In this document: piece by piece, positions 21,519-33,259 of the stretch
Layout: each line of letters opens with the position of its first letter
Position numbering within the stretch: position 1 is the first letter of the stretch
Source of the DNA: Octopus bimaculoides
Lineage: Eukaryota
Assembly: GCF_001194135.2 (NCBI RefSeq)
Contig: NC_069007.1
Coordinates: forward strand, 22,374,599 to 22,438,598
Length of the DNA stretch: 64,000 nt
Reading direction: 5' to 3'
Made by a program: the position numbers and the translations under genes
The notes under the pieces: model-generated
The model's input: the letters and a program-made list of their open reading frames with translations, nothing else
Told to the model about the DNA's origin: nothing
Databases searched by the model: none

Positions 21519-23164
21519 AACTCTATGAATTGTTTCAACAAGAAGCTGCCCTTACCAACAAACCACGTTTGATGCTGACAGCAGCTGTTGTTTCCACAAA
21601 GGAGATAATTGATGCCTCTTATGAAGTCCCTATTCTTGCTAAGTAAGTAATTCTATATTTGTTCATGTCCTTTATGTCCTGACTATGTTGTTTATGTCTG
21701 TAAATGATCTTTATGTCTGTATATGTCCTTTACATGTATGTGCTATATATCTGTATATGTCTTTTACATCTGTATCTGTCCTGTATAGCTGCATGTGTTC
21801 TTTATGTCTATATGTGTCCTTTATGTATGCATTTGTCCTTTATAGTTGTATGTGTCCTTTATATATGTATGTAATTCCAGCATCCAACTGATAAAATGTC
21901 AAGAATGTGTCAGCACCATGAAGAATGTTTCGGTGCCATTCTTTTTCCCCTTTCATTGTTCTCTATGTCTTTGTCTAAGAAGAAAGCTATCATAGAATCT
22001 CTGAGACTGTTAGGAGGAAAGAGACAGGGAGAAAAGGAAGTTATCCTCAAACTGGGGACCAAGATGAAGAAACTTGCAACAGAGTGAAGTCTCTTCTGAA
22101 AACATCCAAGGTTCAAGTAGTTGTATTAAACCAGGCAATAATTTAACCCTTTAGTATTGAAACCAACCATATCTGGCTCAAATATGCCTCCTGTTTTATA
22201 TTTCAACTGCACAAATCAGACCTCTCACACCTACCCTACAGTGTCATTCTTTCCTTGCTCTCTGAATCTTTCTCTCTCATCTAACTTACCCCTAAACAGA
22301 GTCCTGGACTTCATCAACCTGATGTGTTATGACTACCATGCTTTTGCTTACTACGATCCCTTCACTGGATTTAACAGTCCACTCTACCCCGAAGAACATG
22401 ATTCCATCTATGGCAACCGGTCCATTGTAAGTCTCAACATACCCTTCATTAGTCTTTTCTCTATTTACAATTCTCAATTTAATTAGTTCTGTCATTCAAT
22501 GAATAACCTTTTTTTTATTTGACATGGTGCTCTTACAGGAATCTGTATATACTGCAATAGAGTCAGAGGGCAAAAGAGATTTAAAGCTCAGAGGAAGATA
22601 ACCATTTCTAAACATATCCATAGTTTATCTTTTGTGAAGAACTGTTTTTTTTCTCAAAGAGTGAAAAGAGATAGAAGAACATACATCTTATTGCATATAA
22701 TTCTTTTATTATTATTATTATCATCATAGTAGCCATTTATGATATTTCATCCTCATTTGGAATCCTTTTATTTTAGTTACTTCTAGAATGCAGGAATATA
22801 AGAATAACTGAGTCATCATCATTGTCATTTAACGTCTGCTTTCCATGCTGGCATGGGTTGGACAGTTTGAGGGCTGGCGAACCAGATGGCTGCACCAAGC
22901 TTCAATTTGATCTGGCAAAGTTTCTACAGCTGGATGCCCTTCTTAGTGCCAACCACTCTGAGAGTGTAGTGGGTGCTTTTTATGTGCCACAGGCACGAGG
23001 GCCAGTCAGGTGATGCTGGCATCAATCATGCTTAAATGGTGCTTTTTACGTGCCACTGGCACTGGCATCGACTATGCTCGAATGGTGCTTTTTACATGCC
23101 ACCAACACGGGAGCCAGTCAGGTGGCACTGGCAACGACCACACTCGAATGGTACTTTCTACATG

Positions 23165-23244
<80 letters not shown>

Positions 23245-25853
23245 GTATGTGTGTGTGTCTTTTTGTTTGTGTTTGTCTTCCACCACTGCTTGACAACTAG
23301 TGTAGGTGTGTTTATGTCTCCATAACTTAGCAGTTTAGCAAAAAGACTGATAGAATAAATACCAGGCTTTAAAAGAATAAGTACTGGGGTCAATTTATTC
23401 AACTAAAAATTCTTCAAGGCAGTGCTCCAGCATGGCCACAGTCTACTGTCTGAAGCAAGTAAAAGTTAAAAGATGTATATCTGTTTTCAGGTTTTCTCTG
23501 CTAACTACTGGGTTCTGAAGGGGATGCCAAAATCTAAAGTTGTTGTTGGAATTCCTGTGTATGGCCACAGCTACAAGCTGGTGTTTAAGAGTCTCCATGG
23601 TGTCCATGCTCCCAGCTATGGACGAGGTGACAATGGTGGCTATGTCACTTATTCACAAGTAAGAGTTGCCTTCTTGCTTTTTCTGAACATTCTCTCTCTC
23701 TCTCTCTTCTCTGACAATAAATTAGCATTGAGATCATCACTTATCAACATCATCATCACTCACCATCATCATCAGTCACCATCATCATTAATCACCATAA
23801 TCGTCAGTCACCATCATCATCAGTCACCATCATCATTAATCACCATNNNNNNNNNNCATTAATCACCATAATCGTCAGTCACCATCATCATCAGTCACCA
23901 TCATCATTAATCACCATAATCGTCAGTCACCATCATCATCATCTGTCATCATTATCATCATCAGTCACCATCATGATTACCATTACCACCATTTTCTTTG
24001 TTACGATTCCTCACTCTACAATTTCTGCTCTTTGTTGTAAAAAAATGGAAAGACATATAGTATAATGTAGTTTGAGCTAAATTAGGTCATGATGGTCATG
24101 GCCAGAGTGCCTTTGATCTGTTAGACTAGGACTGACCTGAGGCTAAGCAACAACAATAGCAGATATCTGATCACCACTATTTAGATTATTATAGCATCTT
24201 ACAAAACTCATTAAAATTTTCTCTCTATACATCATCATCATTGTCCTCATCGTTTAACGTCCGTTTTCCATGCTGGCATAGATTGAACAGTTTAGCCAAT
24301 AATAATAATTATTATTATCAGGGTCGACTTTGCCTTTCATCCTTTCAGGGTTGATAAAATAGTTACTAGTCAAGTACCAGGATGGTGGTGGTGGTGGTGG
24401 TGGTGGTGGTTGCTACTGTTGCTGTTGTTGTTGTTGTTTAGCCCAGGTCAGCTTTGACTGTGCAGAGAGCTGTGACCATAGATGTTCTGGCCTTGACCAT
24501 CCTTATCTTTTGTTAAGGCATAGTGTATCTTGGATTACATTACCCTCCTTGTTGTTGTTGTTGTTGTTCTCAGACGATAGAGTTGGAATATCTTTGATCA
24601 TATGTGACCTGGGGTTAAAACAATGACCCTCTCTGAATTTCTCTCCCCACCACCTCTTTCTACTCCACAGGTGTGCAAATACCTCCAGTCAAACTTCACC
24701 AGGGTGTTCAATGAACGGTGTCAGGTACCTTACATGTACAAGGACCACCTATGGATTAGTTATGAAGATGAAGAGAGCATCAACATAAAGGTAACAGCAA
24801 TTTTCTTGCTTATACAAGGGGGTGCTGAAAAGTTCCTGGCTTTAAGGGTACCATGAAAGGCCTGGCTGGAGGCTTAACCTTCTGGGTTCTTTTTACAGGG
24901 CTTAGAAAAACTGAAGGACCACAGCAATAAATGTGTGAATCTGAGGGGAGGGGAATGTATTGAATAAAATCATAGTGAATTGATCCTCCTTGTATTTTCT
25001 TTTACCCAAAGCAAGGAACTTTTCAGCATCTCTTCATATACGTGTGTGTGTGTATTGATGTGAAAATTATTTGTGCTGGTTAGTATCTGCCAGGTTTTCA
25101 CATAAATGGATCAGATCTCATCATGCATCCAATCAAATAGCCCATGTACGATTTTTCTTTCAGTTTAATTTAAATTCTTCTTGAGAGAGTATTTTTGCAT
25201 TTGCGTGTGTATGTGTGCAATACTTGGAATCTGTGCTTGTGTAGATTTATGTGTTTCATTTTATGTCTCTATTATCTTGCTTATAGTTACATGTTTAGGC
25301 ATGCACATATGTACTCAAATGCTGAACCTTTGGAAATGTCTACAAGAATTTGACAGTTCCATTGATGGCTTGTGTCTGTAATCATATTAGCTTTCACCCT
25401 TCTGGTTTTGAGAAGCCTAATTTCTCAAGATTGGTGCTTAGACAATCTGTTCTGTATATTATGCCCCAATAATTACAGGTATAAATCTGGACTTGTACAA
25501 AAATATGTGCGCATACATGGACATGAAAAGAGAGAGAGATATAAAGGGAGGAAAAGAGAGAGAGAGAAAGAGACTGGTAAACAGACGGATAATGTATAGC
25601 TTAAATATACAATGCAACACTGCTTCCAGTGGATTTGAACCTAAGATGAACCCAAGACTGATCGTTCAATACTCAATATCTTTTCCATTCAGCCGTCATA
25701 TTTCCTTTTCTCTTCCAGGCAAACTGGATCAAGAGCCATGGTTATCCTGGTATTATGGTGTACTCAATGAACTATGATGATTACTCGGGTGTTTGTGATG
25801 GTGGCAAGACAAAGAATCCACTCCTGAAGATTATTAACAAGTTCCGGCTGTAA
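18241..25853 (+). CDS. Secreted GH18 chitinase-family protein, single catalytic domain, no CBM14, 379 aa, 8 coding exons
   Basis: Exons 18241-18298, 19518-19797, 20646-20772, 21518-21642, 22300-22426, 23491-23658, 24671-24790, 25719-25853. All GT-AG and in phase; total 1140 nt. Signal-peptide-like MLRTVIYIVALICLNSVIA, then KIVCYY, LCTHLIF, intact FDGLDLDFE (DxxDxDxE), NLMCYDYH, KVVVGIPVYG, VPYMYKDHLWISYED, GIMVYSMNYDD. Confidence 0.93.
21479..21516. repeat. (TA)19 microsatellite abutting the chitinase exon 4 acceptor
   Basis: Direct reading: g(TA)19G|GAA CTC TAT. Confidence 0.95.
23755..23970. repeat. Minisatellite: 48-bp higher-order unit of three 16-mers, interrupted by an N gap (23847-23856)
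   Basis: Repeats of CATCATCATCAGTCAC-CATCATCATTAATCAC-CATAATCGTCAGTCAC. Confidence 0.85.
24813..25038 (+). mobile_element. Mariner-derived MITE; further copies at ~35825-35985 (+, partial) and ~52345-52565 (-)
   Basis: TIR TACAAGGGGGTGCTGAAAAGTTCCTGG / GGAACTTTTCAGCA, flanking TA, internal remnant [16 protein letters not shown]. Confidence 0.85.
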
Positions 25854-26693
25854 GGCCCCCACATCCCACATCCCTGCCCTGCCTACTTTCATTTCCTAAC
25901 TTCTCTTGCCCCCCACCTGTTTTTATTATTCATGTGTACCCTAATATTTTAAATGCTAGCACTAACCCTTCATTGTGCCTCTTTCCTCACCTCTCAACTT
26001 TACAGGCCTTAAAGTTTACAAAATCCAACCACACCCCTACTCCTTTCATCCTGTTTTACCTACCAATTTTGATTGCGGATCTGCTCATGGAGCCTAAAAA
26101 ACATAGCTTTGCAGTATTTTATTTTGTGTCTTTCAGTTGTAAGTTCAAATTCTACTCAACCTTTCTTTGTCTTTCATCCTTCTGGGAGCGGGGGGGGGGG
26201 TCACTAAAATCAGTAGCATCCCATTGAATAAATCCCACATATCCCACAAAATATGTGGCATTGTGTATGTCAGAAATAATAACAATAATAATGATAATAA
26301 TAATAATAATGACCACAGTTGACTTTGCTTCACATCCTTTTGGGGTTAATGAAATAAGCACCAGTTGAACACTAGGGGGCCAGGTTAACTGACTGTCCCC
26401 CTCCCACCAAATTTCAGACCTTTTGCCTACAACAGAAAGGATTATCTTCATTATCATTGTTATTTACTATCCTCTTCTTTCAATTTTGTTTCCATTTCTT
26501 GCCGAGTGTCTTCCCAGCACCAAGGGCAAAGAAACTCACTGTATACATTGGTAGACCATTAGATATGAACACACTAGATGGCTCATTTACAAAGTCATGT
26601 GATAGAAAAGATGGAGAAGAAAGAAAGAAAAAGGAAATAAGAAACCATTTTTTATAAAAAGGGGGGAAAAGGTGGAAAAAAAAAGAAGAAAAT

Positions 26694-26920
26694 TCACAGC
26701 AACAATGCTCTTTTCAATATATGTGACGTACCAGTTAAAACAATCTTTTGTTCTTTTTGCATGGATGGTAAACTAGGGATCATCCTCAAATAATCTTCAG
26801 TTCCTTTTTTTGATCATTCCAAGTGCTCCTACAATCACTGGTATTGTAACTGTCTTGAAATGCCACATTTTTTTTCAATTTCAATCAGCAAATCTTTATA
26901 TTTTCTGAGCTTTATTAAAT
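26694..26920 (-). mobile_element. Dong/R4-like non-LTR retrotransposon C-terminal fragment
   Basis: Frameshifted KLRKYKDLLIEIEK.WHFKTVTIPVIVGALGMIKKGTEDYLRMIPSLPSMQKEQKIVLTGTSHILKRALLL*. Confidence 0.8.
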
Positions 26921-27499
26921 TCTTTGGCCGAGATATTATTATTCAACTTTGCCTTTCATCCTTTTGGGGTCAGTAAAATAAGTACCAATTGAACACTGGG
27001 GGCAATGTCATCGACTCATCTCCTCCCCCAAAATTGCTGCCCTTGTGGCAAAATATGAAACCATTATTGTTATTAAGTTGGTGAGCAGACAGAATTGTTA
27101 GCACACTTTAATAATAATAATAATAATAATTACAGTGCGGACTGGATGCTTTTTAAGTGGCACCTGCACTGGCAGGTCACCAAGTAACTTTGCAAGATAA
27201 GTTGAGAGGAGAGAACATTTTTCTTTTTCATTTTACATTTTTGAAACAAATAAAGAAATTATTATTATTATTAATAATGTTGTTGTTTTTTAAATTAATT
27301 TTTCATTTCCACAGAACTGTTGTTTTCTTTGATTGTTCTTCTTCAAGAAAAGAGAAAAAATTCCCCCTCAGCCCTCCAAATTCTTAAATGTCTGTCACAA
27401 TATTTTGGTAGTTCTTGCCTTTTATCTTCTATTGCATCCATGCTAGGGCACCATTTTGAAGGGTTTTAGTTAGGTGCTTCTAATAAACTGCATGCTCGC

Positions 27500-27760
27500 A
27501 CTTTTCCTCAGACCATGCATTTTTAGTTCTACTAAGTCAAAATTCAAGAAAATCCTTGGTATTGCCATAACATTGTCCAGGACATTTTTACTCCTTGCTG
27601 GACAGAGTACTATTTGCTCAATGGATAGCATATTTATAAGGTCAAGCAGAGACTCTGCCTACCTTTGCTCGTGTAATAACATATCTGAAAGGAAATGGCC
27701 CTCAGGTTGAAATCTAGAAGAAATAAGTGCAGGAAGAAATCTAGGTTGGTTAATACCTCT
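27500..27760 (-). mobile_element. CR1/L2-like LINE APE endonuclease fragment
   Basis: LLDFNL, then a frameshift, then AESLLDLINMLSIEQIVLCPARSKNVLD. Confidence 0.65.
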
Positions 27761-28734
27761 TCTGTCTTTATGAAGCTCTCTTCAAAGGAGTCCCCATGGC
27801 TTAGAGCAGTGGTTCCCAAACTTGTTCGGGCTACTGCCCCCTTGGCACCCAGGCCCCTACAAACATGGACCACTTTCTGTATCAATTTCAAAACAACTGT
27901 ATTTCACAAATAAACCTCAACCTGATTAATCCATCATTTTTGTTGTTTTTACATCCATCCACCCCTTTTGGCCACCCTATTATTACCCCACTTTTCTTCA
28001 ACACCATCCTGTATCTTTCCATTACCTCTAGCAGGGTATATTTTCATTTACTCTAGCTGTTTCTGTTTGCTTATAACGACTTCCAACTGAATCCATATTT
28101 CAAACATAAGTTGTAAAGCTTTCTCTGACTCATGCACATATACCTGCTACGTTCATATTACTTGTCAGCTCTTATCATCATCATCATCATCGTTTACCAT
28201 CCATTTTCCATGCTGGCATGGGTTGGACGGTTTGACTGAGGTCAGGAAAGCCAGTGGCTACACCAGGCTCCAATCTGGTCTGGCAATGTTTCTACAGCTG
28301 GATGCCCTTCCTAATGCCAACCACTCTGAGAGTGTAGTGGGTGCTTTTTACATGCCATGGGTACAGGAGCCAGTCAAGTGAGCCTGGCATCGATTGCGTT
28401 CGGACTGTGCTATTTACGTGTCACCAGCACGGGAGCCAGTCATCTTTTAATAAATTAAAATACTTTGTATAAAAATACCTTCTGATATTCCATGACACAC
28501 ACTTCTCAAAAGCTCACTTACAGAACCTCTATGAACACTTTCGCTAAAATGGTGATCCTTTTACCAATATTACTTCTCCATGTCTTTCTTTGTTATTTTG
28601 CCCCCATGTTTGCCCTGGCCCAACAAACAATCAAAAACCTCTAGCTACCACCATCCCATTTTTAATCCAGACATATCTAGGAGAACACTATTCAATGTGT
28701 CTTCCTTTACTGTTTCGCTTTAAACCATGTGGAC

Positions 28735-28966
28735 CAGTGGAACTCAACTGTGGTCCACACGGCCCTCCGGGGTCCATAGAAGAGTTTCTTGTTAAAATTT
28801 ATGTGCAATAAATTGGTTTTATTTCTTTAATACACAAAATATTTTCACAATTTTTTTAAGCATTTAATAATAAAAATATAAAAGGATTTTTTTTTTTTAA
28901 ACACTGAGTGGCTACGGGGGTACAGCAGAGTAAAATAGAAAGCAAAAGGATCCATATGAAACACTG
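28735..28966. mobile_element. hAT MITE (related ends at 27807 and 63603)
   Basis: Ends CAGTGGAAC... and ...AAACACTG. Degenerate 8-bp TSD ATGTGGAC / ATGTAGAT. Confidence 0.7.
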
Positions 28967-30239
28967 ATGTAGATCAATGATCAAGCACTTCCAGCCGCGA
29001 CCACCACTCTTTAATTTCGGACATATTTTCAATGAGAACAGTTTTAGATGTGTCCTTTGCTTTTATTTACCCTTAATTACGACACAGGCAGACCAATTCC
29101 AGTTGTAACCATCTCGTATTTTATTCAAGGTAATGACAGTTAAATAAATTATTCTAACTTTTCTTTCTTGTTTGAAAACGGTAGGAAATGATTTAAAAGA
29201 GATTTGGCTGCTAATTCTAGGAAGTCGGATGATGACGAAGAAGTTGGCCTAGTCCGGTTTTAGGCAGCCTGCGGGACTTTCAGAATGTCTAACAAAAAAA
29301 AATCACCTTCAATCTTTTTTTAGTAGTGCGGCCCGCTGATGATGAGCCATGTCTCATGCAGCCGGCTTCTCTAACAACACCAGTAATAACCAACAATTTC
29401 ACATTCCTGTCGGAATCAATTACTGCCATGTCAGAGGGGGGGGGGTGCTGACGAGAAGCGCCCTCTGCTGCTAGATATTTACCGGTGTAAGATGAAGTTA
29501 TGTCATCAACAGCCATTTGTTCTACTTGGATGATCCACCTCGTACGTTGTGTTGCACTAAAAAAAACAACAGAAAAGTTAACTTAATCAAGACAGTTATA
29601 TTAATACGATGAAGAAATTCTTGTTGATCTAGGTAGGATGAAATGTTCCGTTTTAGACGACTTCATTGCTGACAACATGTAAATAAATGTAGAATGTTGC
29701 TGCCCAAAACCATCCGTTCAGTAATGGAATTTTAACGATATAATATAAATACTGTTTCAGCCCACAGCCTCTTTCGTTTTGTCATGCGACTTCTTGTTAG
29801 ACACGTGCAAGTCCAAAGAGTGATTTGACGGACGGATAATTCGTTGTTATCATTTATGTTGTTATTGTTGTCCCAGTTGTTATAATTTTAGGAGGTTGAG
29901 TAGCGTGGCTCTGGCCCTGGTGACATAATTTCCTGGTTCCAAACGAGTCAGGTATATAACAGCGAAAAGAAATACGAGGACAAGAGGTGTAATTGACTGC
30001 CACACTATAATTTAAACGCCTAAACGAAAGTACAGCAAAAAATGGTACATCTTGAATGATTCTGTCAGAAAATATGTTGGTTTCTGATGCAGTTGGAACT
30101 TGGTGAAGTGTACTTGGCGGAAGAGAACAGCACGTCACAGCTTTCTGCTGAATAACTCTCCTCTCTCCAGACCGAGATCGAACTCGAACTCTACCTTGCC
30201 ACTGCCCTGGGCCCGCGTTAAGCCAGAAAGACTCGACCA

Positions 30240-30248
30240 TCACGTGAC
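30240..30248. promoter_or_regulatory. Extended E-box / CLEAR-like site TCACGTGAC in a CpG-retaining putative MIOS promoter region
   Basis: The motif is seen directly in non-repeat, CpG-richer sequence ~3 kb upstream of the MIOS ATG. Function is inferred. Confidence 0.35.
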
Positions 30249-32589
30249 CACTTGTAGAAAACACGCGTATGAAGCGATATTTGTGTATTTCGGCCGAATG
30301 ATAAACATACTTCTGCTCCATAATTAAGAGGTGATTATCGTATTCCTTCCTTATCTTGTTTCAACTCCAACTTCGTTTCAGACACCCACTTTTCTTAATT
30401 ATATCTATTCGAAAAGGTAAATAGCATTCTTCTAGTTGTGTTAATAATTCCATTTCGGTTATGATTAACTTATTACTAATCCCGAATTAGTTGGAAGAAT
30501 ATATATATTGTATTCTGATCGGAGATGATGTTGAGCCCTTAGTCAACTCTGATCGAGCAGACATCTATTAAAAGACATTCGCAACCTTGACTATCCCATC
30601 TTTTTTAAGGATCACTTGGGACCACATCATCTGATGTGAACTTTACACTTTTAAAGGAGGTTTATTTAGCTGTTATTTCTAGCGAGCCAAACGATCACCT
30701 AGTTTTCCTACTTGGCTCGTGTAATAATAATGATTGTTGTCAATGTAGGCTTATAATAAACAGCACGAGATGGAATTCGAACAACATTGGAAAGCTTTCT
30801 TGTTGGTGGCTTTCTGCGTTGTCACAGAAGCTCTGTCTGTCGATGAAGATGTGATTCTTTCCCGATGTATTGTCATCTACCTACCAATATATATACGCCC
30901 CGTAATACTATCTGGACTTAGTACTGTTTATAGTATAGTGTGTCGGTCTGTCGGTACGTTCGGCTTGTTATTTTTCGTTGAGCGAAGAAGAGCTTATATA
31001 CACACACACACACAAATATATATATATGTATGTATGTGTATAACGTTATACACATATGTGTGTGTGTGTGTGCGTGTGTGTAAAAGAAGGAATCGTGGGA
31101 CAATGTAGGCCCTGATTATACAAGAAAATGGGATACTTACGAATGCCTTTCCTCATAGATCTGTTCGCTCAGGGCTAACCTGGAGTTACTCTGAAGAAAG
31201 ACATTTCAGTCATGACCATCCCACCTTTTTTGTGTATCCAGGTATACAGTGTTTGACTCCGTGTTATTTGAGAGAGATATTTGGCTGCTATTTCTAACAG
31301 TTTGAGAAACCACGCAGAGGCTCTCTTATTGCCTTTGTATGTATGAATGTGTGTGTAGGTGCAGACTTAGCTGTGTGGTAATAAGCTTGCTTCCCAAACA
31401 CATGGCTCCAGGTTCAGTCCCACTGTGTGGCACCTTGGGCAAGTGTTTTCTACCAAAACCTTGTGAGTGGATTTGGTAGACGGAAACTGAAAGAAATATA
31501 TGTATGTATGTATGTCTATGTTTGTCTCCCACCACCGCTTAACAACCAGTGTTGGTGTGCTTGCATCCCCGTAACTTAGTGGTTTGGCAAAATACATAGC
31601 TAGAATAAGTACCTTGCTTAAAAAAATAAATACTTGGGTCACTTCATTCGACTAAAAACTCAAGGTGTGGCCCCAGCATGGTCACAGCCTAATGACTGAA
31701 ACAAGTAAAAGATAAAAGATATATATATATATATATATATCTTTTTCCAGTGAAATTATTCACTGATATCGAAAAAGTGAAAACAAGCAATGTTAATTCT
31801 CTAAATGAGGTATTAACAGTAACTGCACGATAAAGTGACGTATATTGCCACTTAAATGTGGCTGACCCCTAGGGGTGGATGTTACTGTTGCTTTTAGCCC
31901 CAGGAGGACATCTCCTCCAGCTGGCTTATCGACAGTATGTAAGGTCTCTTTACCTTTCTCCCCCTCACCCACGTGTGTGTATGGTACAAAAGTGAAAAAA
32001 AAAACAGAGTTAATCAGGGTGTATTATATATATGGCTGTGTGGTTAAGAAGCTTGCTTCCCAACCATGTGATCTTTGGTTTACTACCTTGGGTAAATGTC
32101 TTCTACTGTAGCTATGGGCTTTGTAAATGGATTTGGTCAACAAAGGGAAAAGAAGCCTCTCGAGACCTTTGGAAATATGCTATGCTTGAGAAGACCCAGC
32201 AAGCCAAGTGAGACTATAACCTGTGGCCTATGCTAGTGGTGTAACCAGCCCACTTATGCGTACCTTTCCTTCATTGAACACTAAACTCTACGTGTGAAGA
32301 CCTGTTAAGGCAAGTGAATTCAAAATCAAATTCGATGACAGCACCGCATGTCTGGCATCTGTGCTAGTGGAGCGCTAAGAGTGCCATCTGATGGTGATCG
32401 TTGCCAGGGCCGCTGACTGGCCCCTGTGCTGGTGGCACGTAAAAAGCACTGTTTGAGCATGATCATTACCAGCGTTGCCTTACTGGCACTTGTGCCAGTG
32501 GCATGTGAAAAACACCATTTGAGTGTGGCCATTGCCAGTACCACCTGACTGGCCCTCGTGCCGGTGGCATGTAAAAGCACCCACTATGT

Positions 32590-32705
32590 TCAGTAACAAC
32601 TTTACCTGTGTGAATTGGTGCATTATCATCCTGAAAGATTGCGTTTCCCTCCAGAAACAGTTCTGCAGCCATAGGATGAATTTGATCAGATAAAATGCTA
32701 CTACT
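32590..32705 (-). mobile_element. Tc1-like transposase fragment embedded in RTE 3' sequence
   Basis: ILSDQIHPMAAELFLEGNAIFQDDNAPIHTGKVV, which contains the Tc1 second catalytic motif FQ-D-NAP-H. Confidence 0.8.
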
Positions 32706-33259
32706 TAAAAAGCACCTAGTCCACACTGTGAAGTGGTTGGTATCTGGTAGAGCATCCAGCTGTAAGAACCTTGCCAAAACTGACATCACCTGAGCTGGTG
32801 TCATGTAAAAAGCACTAAATCCACTCTGCTGGGTGATTGGTGTTAGGAAGGGCATCCAGCTGTAAAAATCCTGCCAAAACAGTCGCAAAAGTCTGGTGCA
32901 AGCTTCTGCCTGGCTGGCTCTTGTGAAACTGTCCCACCCATGCCAGCATCGGTGCCAATTACCTGGCCTAAATATTCTACCTGTCTGACAAGATATGACC
33001 TCTCACATCTACCCTACAATGTCATTCTAAAAATATAACTTGTGCCGCTACAAATTCAAAATAATGCGAATAAATAACCATTACTCTGGACAGAATAATG
33101 TGAATGCTGCGAAAAGGTTAAACTTTCTGTAGGACCATAAAAGACCACTTTTTTAATTATTCACAAGTTTTGTTTTCTTTTGTTTCAGTTGTTATTTAAT
33201 TAATTTATTGATTTTTTTTTATGTCAACCAAACCAAATGAAAGGAAACTTGTATTGACA

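Noticed and set aside
26459-26545. Minus-strand frame EFLCPWCWEDTRQEMETKLKEEDSK*
   Set aside because: Weak acceptor, no linked exon and no recognisable family.
27663-27713. Apparent minus-strand micro-exon with good splice signals
   Set aside because: It lies inside a frameshifted LINE APE endonuclease remnant (LDFNL..TR/ARSKNVLD).
29854-30321. 155-aa minus-strand ORF
   Set aside because: No recognisable domain. It falls in GC-richer promoter-like sequence where long ORFs arise by chance.
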